A DNA stretch of 62,000 nt from Octopus vulgaris (GCA_951406725.2 OX597834.1:39948001-40010000); one strand, 5' to 3'. Numbered from the stretch's first letter, positions 1 through 14,146 are shown. Notes: a model not told the origin generated them from the sequence alone. Program-made: numbers and translations.

Positions 1-735
1 TGTCATAATGACATCATATTTCTATTATTTCTACACATCATATCACTGCATTGTCGACACACAATAACTTCATGACAACCCACAAATAATATTTCTGCAA
101 AGTTTACAAATCAAATTTCTGACATATCCACTCAACATAGCTCTAAAGTAAGTAGACATTACTTAGTGACACCATCCACATGAAACAGCAACAGTCAAGT
201 TTGTGTTAACATATTTAAGGCAGGGAGCCAAAGAAAATTACAGCGCTAACGAGAAATAATGTGGTAAAGAGGAAAACTATATTAATCACTAATGAATATT
301 ATTTTTATTAAAGTAATTTATAAATAAGTTATTTTACTAAATTCTTTGTTATATTTAAAATTAATTAAAAGAAACACAGAGCATCTCAACAGAAATATGG
401 TAATAAATGGGTTAACATAGTTCTCCAGGAGATTCAGCATGATATGGAATGTGACAAGGTTGGCCTTTTTGCCAGCTGAGTGAACTGGAACAACATGAAA
501 TAAAGTGTTTTACTCAAGGACACAACACATCGCCAGGAATTGAACTTGCAACCTTACAATCCTGAGCTGAAGACCCTAAGCCAAAATACAAGCCTTCATG
601 TAAAAGACAAGGATGAAGAATAAGTTTCATCTGTTTAAATCTGGAAGCTGAAGGTAATGGAAAGAATTGTGGTAATTCCAAAGAACGAGGATAAGTTTTA
701 GTGAGACTGGGTTTAGAATAGTGAGAGACACTTAC

Positions 736-839
736 GTTTCCCTTTCACAGACATTGGAAGCTGACCGTTTCCTGTCTAATTTGGTAACACTTTTCGTTCT
801 TTTCAGATTGGTGCGTAATCCTTTCTTTGTGAAAAAATG
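736..839 (-). CDS. DAB2IP/SYNGAP1/RASAL2-like (raskol): Internal coding exon of a SynGAP/DAB2IP/RASAL2(nGAP)-family RasGAP: HFFTKKGLRTNLKRTKSVTKLDRKRSASNVCERE(T); 104 nt, phase 0 to phase 2
   Basis: Minus-strand acceptor ttttctttttttttcttcttttgcag (AG at 841-840) and donor GTAAGT (735-730). LKRTKSVTKLDR matches the family motif recalled as IKRTKSQPKLDR (vertebrates) and LKRTKSVTKLER (Drosophila raskol). Confidence 0.92.
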
Positions 840-994
840 CTGCAAAAGAAGAAAAAAAAAGAAAACAAATTTAAATAGAATAAAAGATAAGTAAAATATA
901 ATAATAATAATATACAAGCAAATAAACACACACACACACACACACATACATCTATACGTTTTTTTATTTTTTACTTTTGCTGGACTGCAGCCAG

Positions 995-1320
995 AGGGGG
1001 GCAATGGCCTAGTGGTTAGACTGCAACCAGAGTGGGGCAATGGCCTAGTGGTTAGCAGCAGACTCACGGTGGAGGGATCGTGGGTTCAAATCTCAGACTG
1101 GGCAATGTGTGTGTTTATGAGTGAAACAACCAAGCTCCATGCAGCTTTGGCAGAAGGTAATGGTGAACTTCTGCTGACTCTTTCGCCACTTCCTTATTTC
1201 ACTCTTTCCTCCAGCATCTTGCGGCTCACCTGCGACGGTCCAGCGTCCCGTCTAGGTGGGGAACCTATACACCAAGGAAACTGGCTCTTATGAGCCAGGC
1301 ATGGCTCAAGAAGGAACAAA
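995..1320 (+). mobile_element. tRNA-derived SINE family C with a 36-bp tandem duplication of its head (983-1054)
   Basis: ggggcaatggcctagtggttag...gggttcaaatctcagactgggc; ends ...ctcaagaaggaac. Confidence 0.75.
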
Positions 1321-1334
1321 CAGAAAGAGGCAAT

Positions 1335-1628
1335 GTTTTGAAGAAGTTTAGTCAAATGAACTGACCCCAGTTTTTCATATTCTTTTTTAAAGCCAAACTG
1401 TTATGATAAGGGGACATAAACACACCAACACCGGCTGTCAAGTAGTGGTGGGTGACAAACACAGACATACATACATGGCAAGCTTCATTCAGTTTACATC
1501 AACCAAATCCAGTCACAATGCTTTGGTTGGTCCAAGGCTATAGTAGAAGACACATCCCCAAGGTGCCGCGCAGTGGGGATTGAACCTGGGATCATGTGTT
1601 TAAATATCAAATGTCTTACTACACAGCA
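1335..1628 (-). mobile_element. SINE family A, degenerate
   Basis: tagtagaagacacatccccaaggtgccgcgcagtggggattgaacc etc. Confidence 0.75.
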
Positions 1629-1659
<31 letters not shown>

Positions 1660-2388
1660 GGTATAAAAATAAAATCAAGTTTGTATATTGTTTAAAGGGA
1701 AAAAGGATCTTCATAATCTCAGACAAAGTCTTTTGGGAAATGGAAAATGATTTGCACCATGTCTTTTCCTAAATTTCTCTGTTTCCCAAAGAATGACATT
1801 TTCTGAATTGTCCAAACCTTACAGTGATATGATAATTCTTTTATACCAGTAACAACAATTTGTACCAAAACTGACCACCATCAGCCTACATGAATCACAC
1901 ACACACACATTTGAAAGAACAGCAAAAAACAAGATCAATGACATTTCAATATATTCATCCCTACAGCTGATTCAATAATTCTTACATCACATTTACGTAA
2001 GAATTATGTAAAAAACTATATCTTCAAGGAAATATTTTGAGATATGAGCAGAATTCAGATTTTCCCATAGCTTTTTTTTTTTCAATGACAAAAAAAAAGA
2101 TTGATGGAAAAAAAATAAATGAATAAATTAAGATTTAGAATTTAAAGTAAATATAAGAAACCAGAACTTATCTTTTCTGCCAATTATCATATTACATTTA
2201 TTGCAGAACAACAAAGTTGCCCAGCAGGCTATAAAAAGGTAGTAGTAAACACAGAGTGAGAGAGAGAGGATGTCTATCAAACAACATATATATATATGTG
2301 TGTGTATATATATAAAATACATTTTAAACTGTGGAACTTGAATTATTTCACATCTCTCAAAATTTCTAAATTCTTATGACGTAAATGA

Positions 2389-2433
<45 letters not shown>

Positions 2434-3194
2434 CTCACATATATAATACATATAACAATGCACACAATATATAACATCCACACACATACACATATAATAC
2501 TGACATATGCACACACAAATGCACATATATATAACATTCATACATATAACATTCATATACGCACACACATCTATATAAAACATTCATACATGCACACACA
2601 CACACATACAAATACACATATATAACATACACACATGTCTATAACATTCACATACACACACACGTCTATATAAAACATTCATATATGCATAACATTCACA
2701 CACGCAAGCACATACACACAAATACACATATATATAACATTCACACACATATATATATAACATACATATATGCACACCTGTCTATATAAAGCATTCATAT
2801 ATGCACACACATTCTAACATTCACACACGCAAGCACACACACACAAATACATTTTCCTGCTAAAAAAAAGCACAAATCAATCCAAAATATCTTTGTTAAA
2901 TAAGTAAGTATCAAAGAGTAAATTATGGAATCCAAAGAAATGGGTGATGAACTATGTCTGCTGTACGCAATAATTACCAATAATTATTCCAGTGTAAATA
3001 TCAGAAAAAAATGTCTAACTATTGCATGAATTTGGACGAAAGATGATGATAAATGTAATAATTGTTGATCTACATTGTGAATGAGGTTTTTTTTTTAATT
3101 TGTTGCTGATATTTAGTTGTTGTCATGTGACTGTCACCTACCCAAGTAGGTTGAATTCAAGTAAGTATTCACACACTTCAACAAGCATACACGA

Positions 3195-3716
<522 letters not shown>

Positions 3717-4214
3717 TAACTGATTGGAAGTGTTATCATGTACATTGTTTTGTCTTGGTACAAAAGATAGGCTACAGCAAATATTCTACTCAATGCCACA
3801 GATTTGCTTGTCAGTTGTTTGACCTTAGCCAGTTGAGCATGTCCCTTAGTGGCTGACGATATGTGCATCTTTGATCATGCACCTATATATTAATGATGTA
3901 CATGACAGGTATACATAATACTGAAATACACATAAAGTAAACACAGGTAACAGGTCATTTCACAGATGCTAAACTATAAATTTCACAAGATACAACCTTG
4001 AAGCTGACACCAGTGTCTCACTATTGGCTAAAAATACAGTTTCTTTCTATTTTTGAAATTCTGTAACTTTTTATTCTAATTTTTTTCTCCACAAGATCGT
4101 GGATTCACAGCAATAAGAGTGGAAAACTACATCAATATAACCAATTTTCAGATTTTTTACTTTAAAAAAAATGCAGATTCTGTGAATCAACTTCACTAGA
4201 TCCGTGAAAAAATT

Positions 4215-4385
4215 TCTAGCTTTAAGGATTTCGTGAAAGGCTTGGCTGGAGGTCAAACCTTCTGAGTTCTTTTACAGGACTTAGAAAAACTGAAGGATCA
4301 CTACAATAAGTCTGGGAATCTGAGAAGGGAATATGTTGACTAAATTCATAATTAACTGATATTCCAGGAACTCTTGCAGCATCCC
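4215..4385 (+). mobile_element. Degenerate copy of the same mariner MITE
   Basis: ggacttagaaaaactgaaggatcactac...gaatatgttgactaa (GLEKLKDHYNKSGNLRREYVD*). Confidence 0.7.
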
Positions 4386-4769
4386 TTTGTATTTTGTTTT
4401 ACCAGGAAACAAATTATCTTTTTTCTATAAGAAATCAAATTTAATTACACGTAAACACCAGAGGATAGATGAGGTAAAAACCACGTGATTTTATTTATAT
4501 TTTATTCATTTTCTTTAATGGTTTTTTTTTTTTGGATAGTATTTAGAACATTCTAGAGGGAAGCTTAACTAAAGAATATTACATTTTTTATTGTTTTTGA
4601 AGCTAACTTGCTCAGCTATCCTTTCCTCTCCATTCGTTTTGGCATTCATTTGTATTCAATAATGAACACCAATAAATTATATACCAGTTTTGGTATTGGA
4701 AGCACATCACTGTAAAGGCAATCCACATAAAAATCACCTACCTGCCTTCCTACCTTTCTATTAGACTAT

Positions 4770-4917
4770 CTATCTAGCTAACAGTCCATTGATCCAGTGA
4801 ACAATTTATCTATCAGTCTCTCTACCTATCTAGCAGTCACTCTACCTAGTTTTCTGTCTATCTACCTATCTATCAAGCAATCTGTCAGTCTATCAATTTA
4901 TCTACCTATCAAATAAT

Positions 4918-4973
<56 letters not shown>

Positions 4974-5032
4974 ATCTTTCACTATCTATTTATCAGTCTA
5001 ACTTTCTATCTCTCAGTCTATTAGTCTCTTTC

Positions 5033-5067
<35 letters not shown>

Positions 5068-5160
5068 GTCTGTCTATTTGCCTGTACTTCTATCAACCTT
5101 TCTATATACCAATATATCTATCTTCCTATATATGAATGTAATCCATCTATCTATCTATCC

Positions 5161-5215
<55 letters not shown>

Positions 5216-5292
5216 CATCTGTCTATCCATCTATCTATCCCTCTAGCTATCTATCAGTCTACCCAGCTATCCATCAAGCTATCAATTACTCC

Positions 5293-5353
<61 letters not shown>

Positions 5354-5600
5354 CCTATCTATCTCTCTATCTATTTGCCTGTACTTCTATCAATCTTTCT
5401 ATCTACCAATATATCTATCTTCCTATATATGAATGTAATCCATCTGTCTATCTATCTATCTATATATCTATCTATCTATCTATCTATCCATCTATCTATC
5501 CATCTATCTATCTATCAGTCTACCCATCTATCAATCAAGCTATCAATTACTCCATCTATCCATCCATCCATCTATCTATCCTCTTATCTTTCATATCTCT
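4770..5600. repeat. (TATC)n array containing a ~297-bp internal duplication
   Basis: tatttgcctgtacttctatcaa...gaatgtaatccatct at 5075 and 5372. Confidence 0.95.
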
Positions 5601-5892
5601 ACACACATAATACACTTTAAAATAATCTCTAACACACACCACATACAACAGATCAGATCAAACTATAATTATACAAAAGAGAAAAAAAAGTCAAATTAGA
5701 TAAATGATTGAAAATAAGAAAATAACATAAAAAAAACAAAAACCAGAACAACAAAAAATAAACTCACAAAATAAATCACATGAATATTTTAGTAATGACT
5801 CTTTAGAATTGGTGATTCCAATCCTTGGGTTTATTGCTGTGAATTTCCAATTAAAACTGCCTAAGATCTATAAAGTTGGTCATTAACTATTT

Positions 5893-6605
5893 TAACCCCT
5901 TGGCCGTCACATTATTCTCTCAAAAGTAATGCTTGTTTTTCTCTCTCTTTTCTCTTTTAGTTGTTTCAGTCATTTGACTGCGGCCATGCTGGAGCACCGC
6001 CTTTAGTCGAGCACATCGACCCCCAGGACTTATTCTTTGTAAGCCTAGTACTTATTTCTATCAGTCTCTTTTTGCCGAACTGCTAAGTTACGGGGACGTA
6101 AACACACCGGCATCGGTTGTCAAGCGATGATGGAGGGAGCGGGGAAGGAGAACACAGACACACAAATACATACACACACATACACGTATATATACATATA
6201 TACGACGGGCTTCTTTCAGTTTCCGTCTACTAAATCCACTCACAAGGTTTTGGTCGGTCCGAGGCTATAGTAGAAGACACTTGCCCAAGGTGCTATGCAG
6301 TGGGACTGAACCCGGAACCATGTGGTTCGTAAGCAAGCTACTTACCACACAGCCACTCCTATGCACATTGTTTTGAATTAATCTTGCATTTATCTTGCAG
6401 CTTTGAGAATTTTATGAGGTAGCTGTTAATTTTTAGAATGACATTGTAGGGTTGGTGTGAGAAGCCAGATCTGAACATGCATAAGAACAAATACAGGCAG
6501 AATATTTTGGCCAGACATGACCGGTTTAATTAACCCTTTAAAAGATTACTCTGTCAAATCGTAACGCTTATTAATTCACTTAGTTTTGAATTAATCATGC
6601 ATTAG
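5893..6605. mobile_element. Second TTAA-CCC MITE family: one copy split by a full SINE (5940-6362), then the start of another copy (from ~6530) interrupted by a SINE head
   Basis: ttaacccc...aagtaatgcttg resumes as cacattgttttgaattaatc after the SINE; a family end tgctaaagggttaa is seen at 30910-30995. Confidence 0.6.
5940..6362 (-). mobile_element. tRNA-derived SINE family A, full length
   Basis: Head ggagtggctgtgtggtaag...gggttcagtcccactgc (A/B boxes), CORE-like ccttgggcaagtgtctt, internal (TA/TG)n, tail aaagagaaaagag. Confidence 0.85.
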
Positions 6606-6864
6606 GCATAGGAGTGGCTGTGTGGTAAGTAGCTTGCTTACCAACCACATGGTTCCGGGTTCAGAAGAAAATGGAAGGAATCCAGAAGTAGTATTCATTA
6701 GCTGTTAGACATTATAATATTTCTATTCATTTATTTTAAACAGTTCAGATAATATACAAATACACGTGTAAAGTATTAGTAATTTCTAGAATAGAGAAAA
6801 GAGAAAGATAAGCAAGAAGATATATACATACATAGGTATGTTGAATGAAACACCCATGTTTCCA

Positions 6865-7200
6865 GAGGTGATTTATTCAAACCCCCAAAGAATCCTTCTA
6901 AACACATGGCTATGATGTTCCCCCACTACTTCTGCTCGTGATCAGAGATGCACATATCGTCAGCCACCAAGGGACATGCTCAACTGGTTAAGGTCAAACA
7001 ACTGACAAACAAATCTGTGATATTGAGCAGAATATTTGCTGCAGCCCATCTTTTATACCAAGACTAAACAATGTACATAACACTTCCAATCAGTTCAGAT
7101 CAGAAGCCACGAGAGCCACTGCCTGGGACTGCATCAGGGCATTATTATCATTACTATTATTATTATTATAATTAATATTATTGTTGTTATTATTATTATT
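6865..7200 (+). mobile_element. Unclassified interspersed repeat family E with ATT tail; inverted copy at 3716-3880
   Basis: gatgcacatatcgtcagccac-aagggacatgctcaactgg-taaggtcaaacaactgac is the reverse complement of 3810-3870. Confidence 0.75.
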
Positions 7201-7374
7201 ATTATCATCATTATTTTATTTCTATTCTATTTTGGTAAGCAATATATTTGGGAAATATATATATATTTTAACAATATATGAAATTTAAAAATAGAAACAA
7301 TACAAAATAGAAGAATCCGTATACATATATTTATACATACACACATATACGTGTATGTGTGTATATATATATAT

Positions 7375-7413
<39 letters not shown>

Positions 7414-7815
7414 CACACACGCACAAATCTATATATGCACAAACACACACTCAGAGTAGATTTATTCGATATTCAATGAATTTTATTTCATTTCATGATA
7501 TGGTGATGAAATGAGTTATTAAATCACAAAGAGACGAGGGGAAAAAAAATCAATGAAAAACAAAAGTTAAACGTGAGGGGGGAAAAAAAAAACCATTTAA
7601 TTTTTCTTTTTTTGTATATTTATTTTAATTTCTTTTTCTTTTTTTTTTTCAATATAGTCGAAGATGGAAGCAAAAGGTGGGATTCTGAAATGATCCGTTG
7701 CTATGGATATTATGTATTGATGGCTAATCATAAGACACGTAAGACATTGCAATTCATTTGATCTGTTATGCCATGTGGAAAATTTAAAGATTACATGATT
7801 GGTAGAACAATGGAG

Positions 7816-7850
<35 letters not shown>

Positions 7851-7930
7851 GGTGGTGGTGGTGGTGGTGGTGGTGGTGGTGGTAGAAGTTAGTAGTAGTA
7901 GTGGTGGTGGTGGTGGTGGTGGTGGTGGTG

Positions 7931-7977
<47 letters not shown>

Positions 7978-8082
7978 GGTGGTGGTGGTAGTAGTAGTAG
8001 TAGTAGTGGTGGTGGTGGTGGTGGTGGTGGTGGTGGTGGTAGTAGTAGTGAGAACAATAATGATGATGATGATGATGATGAT
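7816..8082. repeat. (GGT)n/(AGT)n/(GAT)n compound microsatellite
   Basis: Direct reading. Confidence 0.97.
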
Positions 8083-8216
8083 GCGAAAAAAATGTTGGCG
8101 GTGGGGGTATAGAACATTTGAAACAAACTTTTAGATTTAATATTTTTGATTCCTTATATTATGTTCTAGAATCAAAGAGAGATGATAATCAATAATCTAT
8201 GTGTACACACACACAC

Positions 8217-8254
<38 letters not shown>

Positions 8255-8392
8255 GTGTGTGTGTGTGTGTATATAAATGTATACACACACATACATATAT
8301 GCATATGTGTGTCTATATATACACACATATATACATACATGTGTATGTGTGTATATATAATACACATATGTGTGTGTGTATGTGTGTGAGTG

Positions 8393-8426
<34 letters not shown>

Positions 8427-8505
8427 TACACTGTGTGTATGTCTGTATGTGAATGTGTATGTATATATATATATATATATACACACACATGTATACATAT
8501 ATGCC

Positions 8506-8554
<49 letters not shown>

Positions 8555-8586
8555 CCTCTTAGGGCATGGTCAGGGTGTCGCCAAGT

Positions 8587-8645
<59 letters not shown>

Positions 8646-10249
8646 CTAAGTACTTTGGTTTCAAACAAAAATTTTGTGTCCTTCAGTTTTAATGAAATAA
8701 CATTTTAGCTTAGAACTCTTTCATAAAATACACACACACACACATACACATATATATATTTATATATATAAATGTATATATAAATGTGTGTGTGTGTGTG
8801 TGCATGTACATTTATATATATATTTTTCGGATTGGCTTTGTATCAACCAGAAGATCTTTACTCTATTCGGTACCGGAAAATCAAAGACATTTACTGTTTT
8901 GTGTCGACAACAAACTACTGAGCGTGCAAAACACTAAGATATTCTTGATGTTGGTTGCACGCAAAAACATCACCACCATCACCATCATGTTTTTTTTTAT
9001 CACCATTTTTCTATGCCTGCTTGGGATCGTTCCTACAGTGTCTTGTCACCTTGTTATCAGTTCTCTATCATCTGGCCCACACAGCAACAGAAAAAAGAAA
9101 GAAGGACAAAAAAAAAAACCCGACCATTATTTTTCTTGTTATTAGACCTATTCTGTTGTTTTGGTATGGTTCACATGACCATCACCAACCACTCCATGGA
9201 TTGGCTTGTTATTTTATTGATGAACAAACCACACTGCTTGTATGACAGTGATACTCATTTACAACTATCATATGATGTCAAGACAAGGAGGTAGCAACAC
9301 AGACATGCATATATATATATGTAGTTGTAGTTGAACCAGAGATTTAAAAGAAGACACTTGCCCAAGGTCCCATGCGGTGAGACTGAACACAGAGTCAGGT
9401 GACTGGAAGGCAAACTTCTTACCACACACCCACCCTGCACCTATCTGATATACATATGTGTGTGTGTGTGTATGTACCTACACTGCAGCAAGGTACCTGT
9501 TTCTGTTTTTCTTTTATACTCTAACTGTTCTACACCTGGCACAAAACCACCTCCCTAAATACTGCATCCACACTCTGTCAAGGGGTCCTGTCTTGCAAGT
9601 TACTCAGCGACCTCACTGGTGCTGGTGCCACAAAAGAAAAAAAAAACAAACATTAGAAACCTTACCAAAGCAAATGTTAGAGACCAGCATAGCCCTCTGG
9701 TTAATCAGATCCTGTTAAACCGTCCAACCCATGACAGCATGGAATACAGACATCAAATGACGATGATGAAGAAGATGAAGATGATGACTGCTATTAAATC
9801 ACTTTATTCTTGTAATTTTAGCTTTTCACTCGAACGTGACATCCTGCTTAGAATAATGATACAAAACTAAAGTAGCTATCGTTTAATCTCCCCAAATCAG
9901 TTGTGACTAAGCAGAAATATGATCAAAGACATTCAAGTCTTGCCCATCCTGTATTTTATTCAGACATAGTGTAGCTAAGAGTACATTAGTCAATGTATTC
10001 CCCACCACCTCTTTATTACAATGGTGGAATTTTGATTTTTGGTTACTATTTCTAGCAACTCAGGCAACAGGAGGTGTCTTAAATAGTTCGTAGTAGTAGT
10101 AGTAGTTGTTTAGTCCCAGATCTGCTGTGATCCAGCTGACCTATGAGCAAAGACCTTCCAGCAATGACTAACCCGTTTTATTTGAAGACATAGTCTATTT
10201 AGAATTATGTTGGGCAGGCTCACAAAATCAAGGGGAAAAAAGCCAACAT

Positions 10250-10525
10250 TGCACCCATGACTCTCAGAAACACTTTTCCATGCTCGCAATTGCTGAAGCA
10301 TGGAATAAACTATCCACATCAGTTCTTAGCTGTTGGGACCCTACATCCTTCAGAACTTCCATGCTCCCCCAAAAAACAGCATGCCTGACACCCACACCTT
10401 TTTTTTATAGCCACTCATTCCCTGCTCCCTTCCTGTGCATTATTCTATATGCTGTTCATGCACTTTTAGCTACTTTATCCGATGGGTTGTGGTGCACCTG
10501 AACACTGTATACAATAAGTTTGTTA
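10250..10525 (+). mobile_element. CR1/L2-group LINE 3' end
   Basis: HDSQKHFSMLAIAEAWNKLSTSVLSCWDPTSFRTSMLP resembles the FFSxRVVxxWNxLPxxVV...SFK C-terminus; a 3'UTR follows. Confidence 0.6.
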
Positions 10526-10542
10526 TTGTTTTATTACATCCG

Positions 10543-10775
10543 CCTTAGCGGAGGTGAAGGTATTGTTTTCAGTCATGTTTGTTTGTCCATGGACAAGATA
10601 TCTCAAGAACCGTGGGATGGATTCAGTTGAACCTTTCAAGGATGTTTGGTCACATGACTGGCACAAACTCATTAGATTTTGGAATTAATTTGGTACCAGA
10701 CAAGGATATTTACTCTTCCTGTTTTTTTCACTAAATTTTTGAGAGCGGTCGGATTCATTTTTAGTATCCTCATTA
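10543..10775 (+). mobile_element. Probable Helentron/DINE-1-like non-autonomous element
   Basis: ttacatccgccttagcggaggtgaaggtattgttttc...gtttgtttgtcc resembles the ttacctccgcc-aggaggttatgtttt start recalled for such elements. Confidence 0.4.
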
Positions 10776-10839
10776 TATGTTTTGCCTGTTTCAAGTGTGA
10801 TGTTCAGTAAATGGGTGTATCCATGTAAAATGACAGATT

Positions 10840-11520
10840 TACTCCACCATCAGTCAAGTTTTGTGAAGATCCTCAAGAGATTGGAGAAGTAATCCACCAT
10901 CAAAGAAGCTTTATAAAGATCTATATGAGATAAAAGACTTATACTCCACAGTTAAATTTTGCAAAGATCCATGTAAGATCGGAGAAGTGTACTCCACCGT
11001 CAAATGGATTTTGTAAAGGTCCATAGGAGATAAGAGAAATGTATTTCACCATCAAACGGATTTTGTAAAGGTCCATGTAAGATAGGAGAAGTGTACTCCA
11101 CCGTCAAATGGATTTTGTAAAGGTCCATAGGAGATAAGAGAAATGTACTCTACCATCAAATAGATTTTGTAAAGGTCCATGGGAGATAGGAAAAATGTAC
11201 TCCCCCGTCAAATGGATTTTGTAAAGGTCCATGTGAGATAGGAGGAATGTACTCTACCGTCAAATGGATTTTGTAAAGGTCCATAGGAGATAAGAGAAAT
11301 GTACTCTACCGTCAAATGGATTTTGTAAAGGTCCATAGGAGATAGGAAAAATGTACTCCCCCGTCAAATGGATTTTGTAAAGGTCCATTTGAGATAGGAG
11401 GAATGTACTCCACCGTCAAAGGATTTTGAAATGGTCCATAGGAGATAGAAATGTACTCTTCTGTCAAATGGATTTTGTAAAGGCCCACGTGAGACAGAGG
11501 AGATGTACTCTACTGTCAGA
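10840..11520. repeat. 52-bp minisatellite, about 10 conserved plus 3 degenerate units
   Basis: ccgtcaaatggattttgtaaaggtccat... starts at 10997, 11049, 11101, 11153, 11205 and onward at period 52. Confidence 0.97.
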
Positions 11521-11968
11521 CAAATCTGGTAATAGTTCAACAGCTGGGCTTGTAGTATTTACTTGTTCCAAACAGGAAATCCATCTTTTGGTGATCGACT
11601 TTAGTGCCCTATTAACTCATACCATCAGCCATCACCAAGCTCCTTCTTCCCCTACACCCACACCACCACCACCATTCCTGCAATGCTCTGTCCTGTCTGT
11701 CACATGACTGACACACTTTCATTGTCTTTCAATTTCAGGAAATGGACATATGGTAACACTGGAAAAACAAAAAAAAATAACACAGGACGTGCTTACATTT
11801 TCTTCCCCCACCCCACCCCACCACCACTTTATTCTTTTTTTTCTTCTTTCTTTTCGAAATTGGTGAACTTCAAAACTAACAACATCGAGATAATAACAGA
11901 AGACCTCGAAATTATTGAAGGACAAAAAAAAAAATAATAAATAAAATTGTAAACAACATATAAGCGCA

Positions 11969-12258
11969 GACATGGCTGTGTGGCCAGAAGCTTGCTTCCC
12001 TACCTCACAGTTCCGGGTTCAGTCCCACTGCGTGACACCTTGGGCAAGTGTCTTCTACTATAGCCTCAGGCCAACCAAAGCCTTGTCAGTGGATTTGGTA
12101 GATGGAAACTGAAAGAAGCCTGTCGCATATATGTGTGTGTGTGTGTATATGTATTTGTCCCTCAACATTGCTTGACAACCAATGTTGCTGTGTTTACATC
12201 CCCCCATAACTTAGCAGTTCAGCAAAAGAGACCGATAGCATAAGTAATAGGCTGAGTG
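11969..12258 (+). mobile_element. SINE family A, 3' truncated
   Basis: gcagacatggctgtgtgg...ccgggttcagtcccactgcgtgacaccttgggcaag. Confidence 0.8.
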
Positions 12259-12602
12259 CTCCACAGACATGCACACAGTTGAGGTAGTTCTCAGGGAGGT
12301 TCAGCATGACACAGAATGTAACAAGGCTGGTGCCCTTTGAATTAAAGGTGCAACTCCTTTCTTTGCCAGCTGAATGAACTGAAGCAACATAAAATAAAGT
12401 GTCTTACTCAAGGACACAATATGCTGTCAGGAATCGAACTCACAATTTTACAATCATGAGCTAAATACCCTAACGTCTAAGCCAGGCACCTTTACTCCTA
12501 GTCCATAACTTTTGAGCAAAAATACAACTAGTCTCGCCGAGAAATCCTCCTCTCGAAATTTGAAATCTACCCTAAACAGTGGCCAATTTCAGGCATTATT
12601 AA

Positions 12603-12815
12603 CCCTTTCGTTACCGTATTTATTTTGAGATGTTCTGTGTTTCTTTCAATTAATTTTAAATATGACAAAGAATTTAGTAAAATAACTTTAAGCTAGTGTT
12701 GGGAGCATAAATTGTGACTTAGGTTTGGTGAAAGATTTTAATTCAGAACTTTTGGAAACAAGACATTTCTACTACAGAATGAGAGGCAGTTTCAGGTGGA
12801 TTGGTACCAAAAGGG
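12603..12815. mobile_element. piggyBac-type MITE (TTAA on both sides, CCCTTT...AAAGGG termini)
   Basis: TTAA at 12599-12602 and 12816-12819; imperfect 13-bp TIRs; other copies at 17162, 17415 and partially at 325-415. Confidence 0.75.
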
Positions 12816-13797
12816 TTAAATGACTTAGAAACTTTGCCTCACCACTCTTGAAGATGGAGCAAAATGCCAGGAAGCTTTGAATCAATAATGGAGGAAGTTA
12901 TTTTGAAGAATTCAACAAGGATTAACTTGCATAGAAACGCAGTAAGTTTGTTTTGGTTTTAAAATTTTGCTTCTTCATTAACAGACCTTGTGTGTGGGTG
13001 TGTGTGTGTGTGTGTGTGCGTGTGTGTGTGTGTGTGGCGGCATGTGTGTGTGTGTCTGTATACTGTCTGTATACTGCTACACACAACTGCACATATCTAT
13101 ACATGCACAGGTGTGTATGTGTATATACAACCACACACACACCAGTGCACATTTAGATATGTATATGCATGTATGAGTATGCTTATGTATGAGTGTGCGT
13201 GTACACATACCTACACACCCATACATATGTAAACATTTACATATATGTATGTATACATTTATACATATATATATACATACGCACACACATACATATATGT
13301 ATAAATATATATATATATACACACATACACATTTATATATACATATAGATTTATATAATATATATTTATATATATATGTATATATATACATATATATATA
13401 TTATATACACACACACACACACTCATATATTCATATATATACATTTTTTTCTATACATATACACACATTGATATATACATACATACACACATATATACAC
13501 ACACATATACATAACAGTAAAGAGAATAAGTAAGAGAGATAGAAGCCAGGAAAATACAAGAAAATGAGATAAAATATAACATTGAAATAAGGGAGGTGGG
13601 GGAGTTGTGCGTTACATAATTTAGTTGCTTCGTTAAGAATTTGTAATTAGAATGAATTATAGTAGGAAATATTAGAAGAATGGATGCATAACGAGCACTA
13701 CAGTAAAATGAAGAATATACACTGAGGTTGAGATGACCTGAATATAACATTCTATAGATATATATTCTAGATATTATTATTATTATTATTATTATTT

Positions 13798-14107
13798 ATG
13801 GGTTTTTCTTCTTCTTTCAAATTTGCTTCCATTTCTCGCCGAGTGTCTTCCCGACTCCTAGGGCAAAGGAACTCATTGTATACATTGGTAGGCCATTAAA
13901 CTAAACTCACTAGTTCGTTCATTTAAAAAATTTTTTTTATAGAAATAAAGTTAAATTAAAATACATGGGTAGTAATTGTTCTCACATCGACAATGCTCTT
14001 CTCAATACGTGTGATGTACCAGTTAAGACAATCTTTTGCACATCTTGCAGGGATGGTAAGCCAGGGATCATTCTCATATAATTTTCGGTTCCCTTCTTGA
14101 TCATTCC
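13798..14107 (-). mobile_element. 5'-truncated RLE-type (R4/Dong-like) non-LTR retrotransposon 3' end
   Basis: 14107-13982 translates without interruption as GMIKKGTENYMRMIPGLPSLQDVQKIVLTGTSHVLRRALSM*, typical of R4-clade C-termini. It is followed by a 3'UTR and flanked on both sides by (TAA)n. Confidence 0.75.
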
Positions 14108-14146
<39 letters not shown>

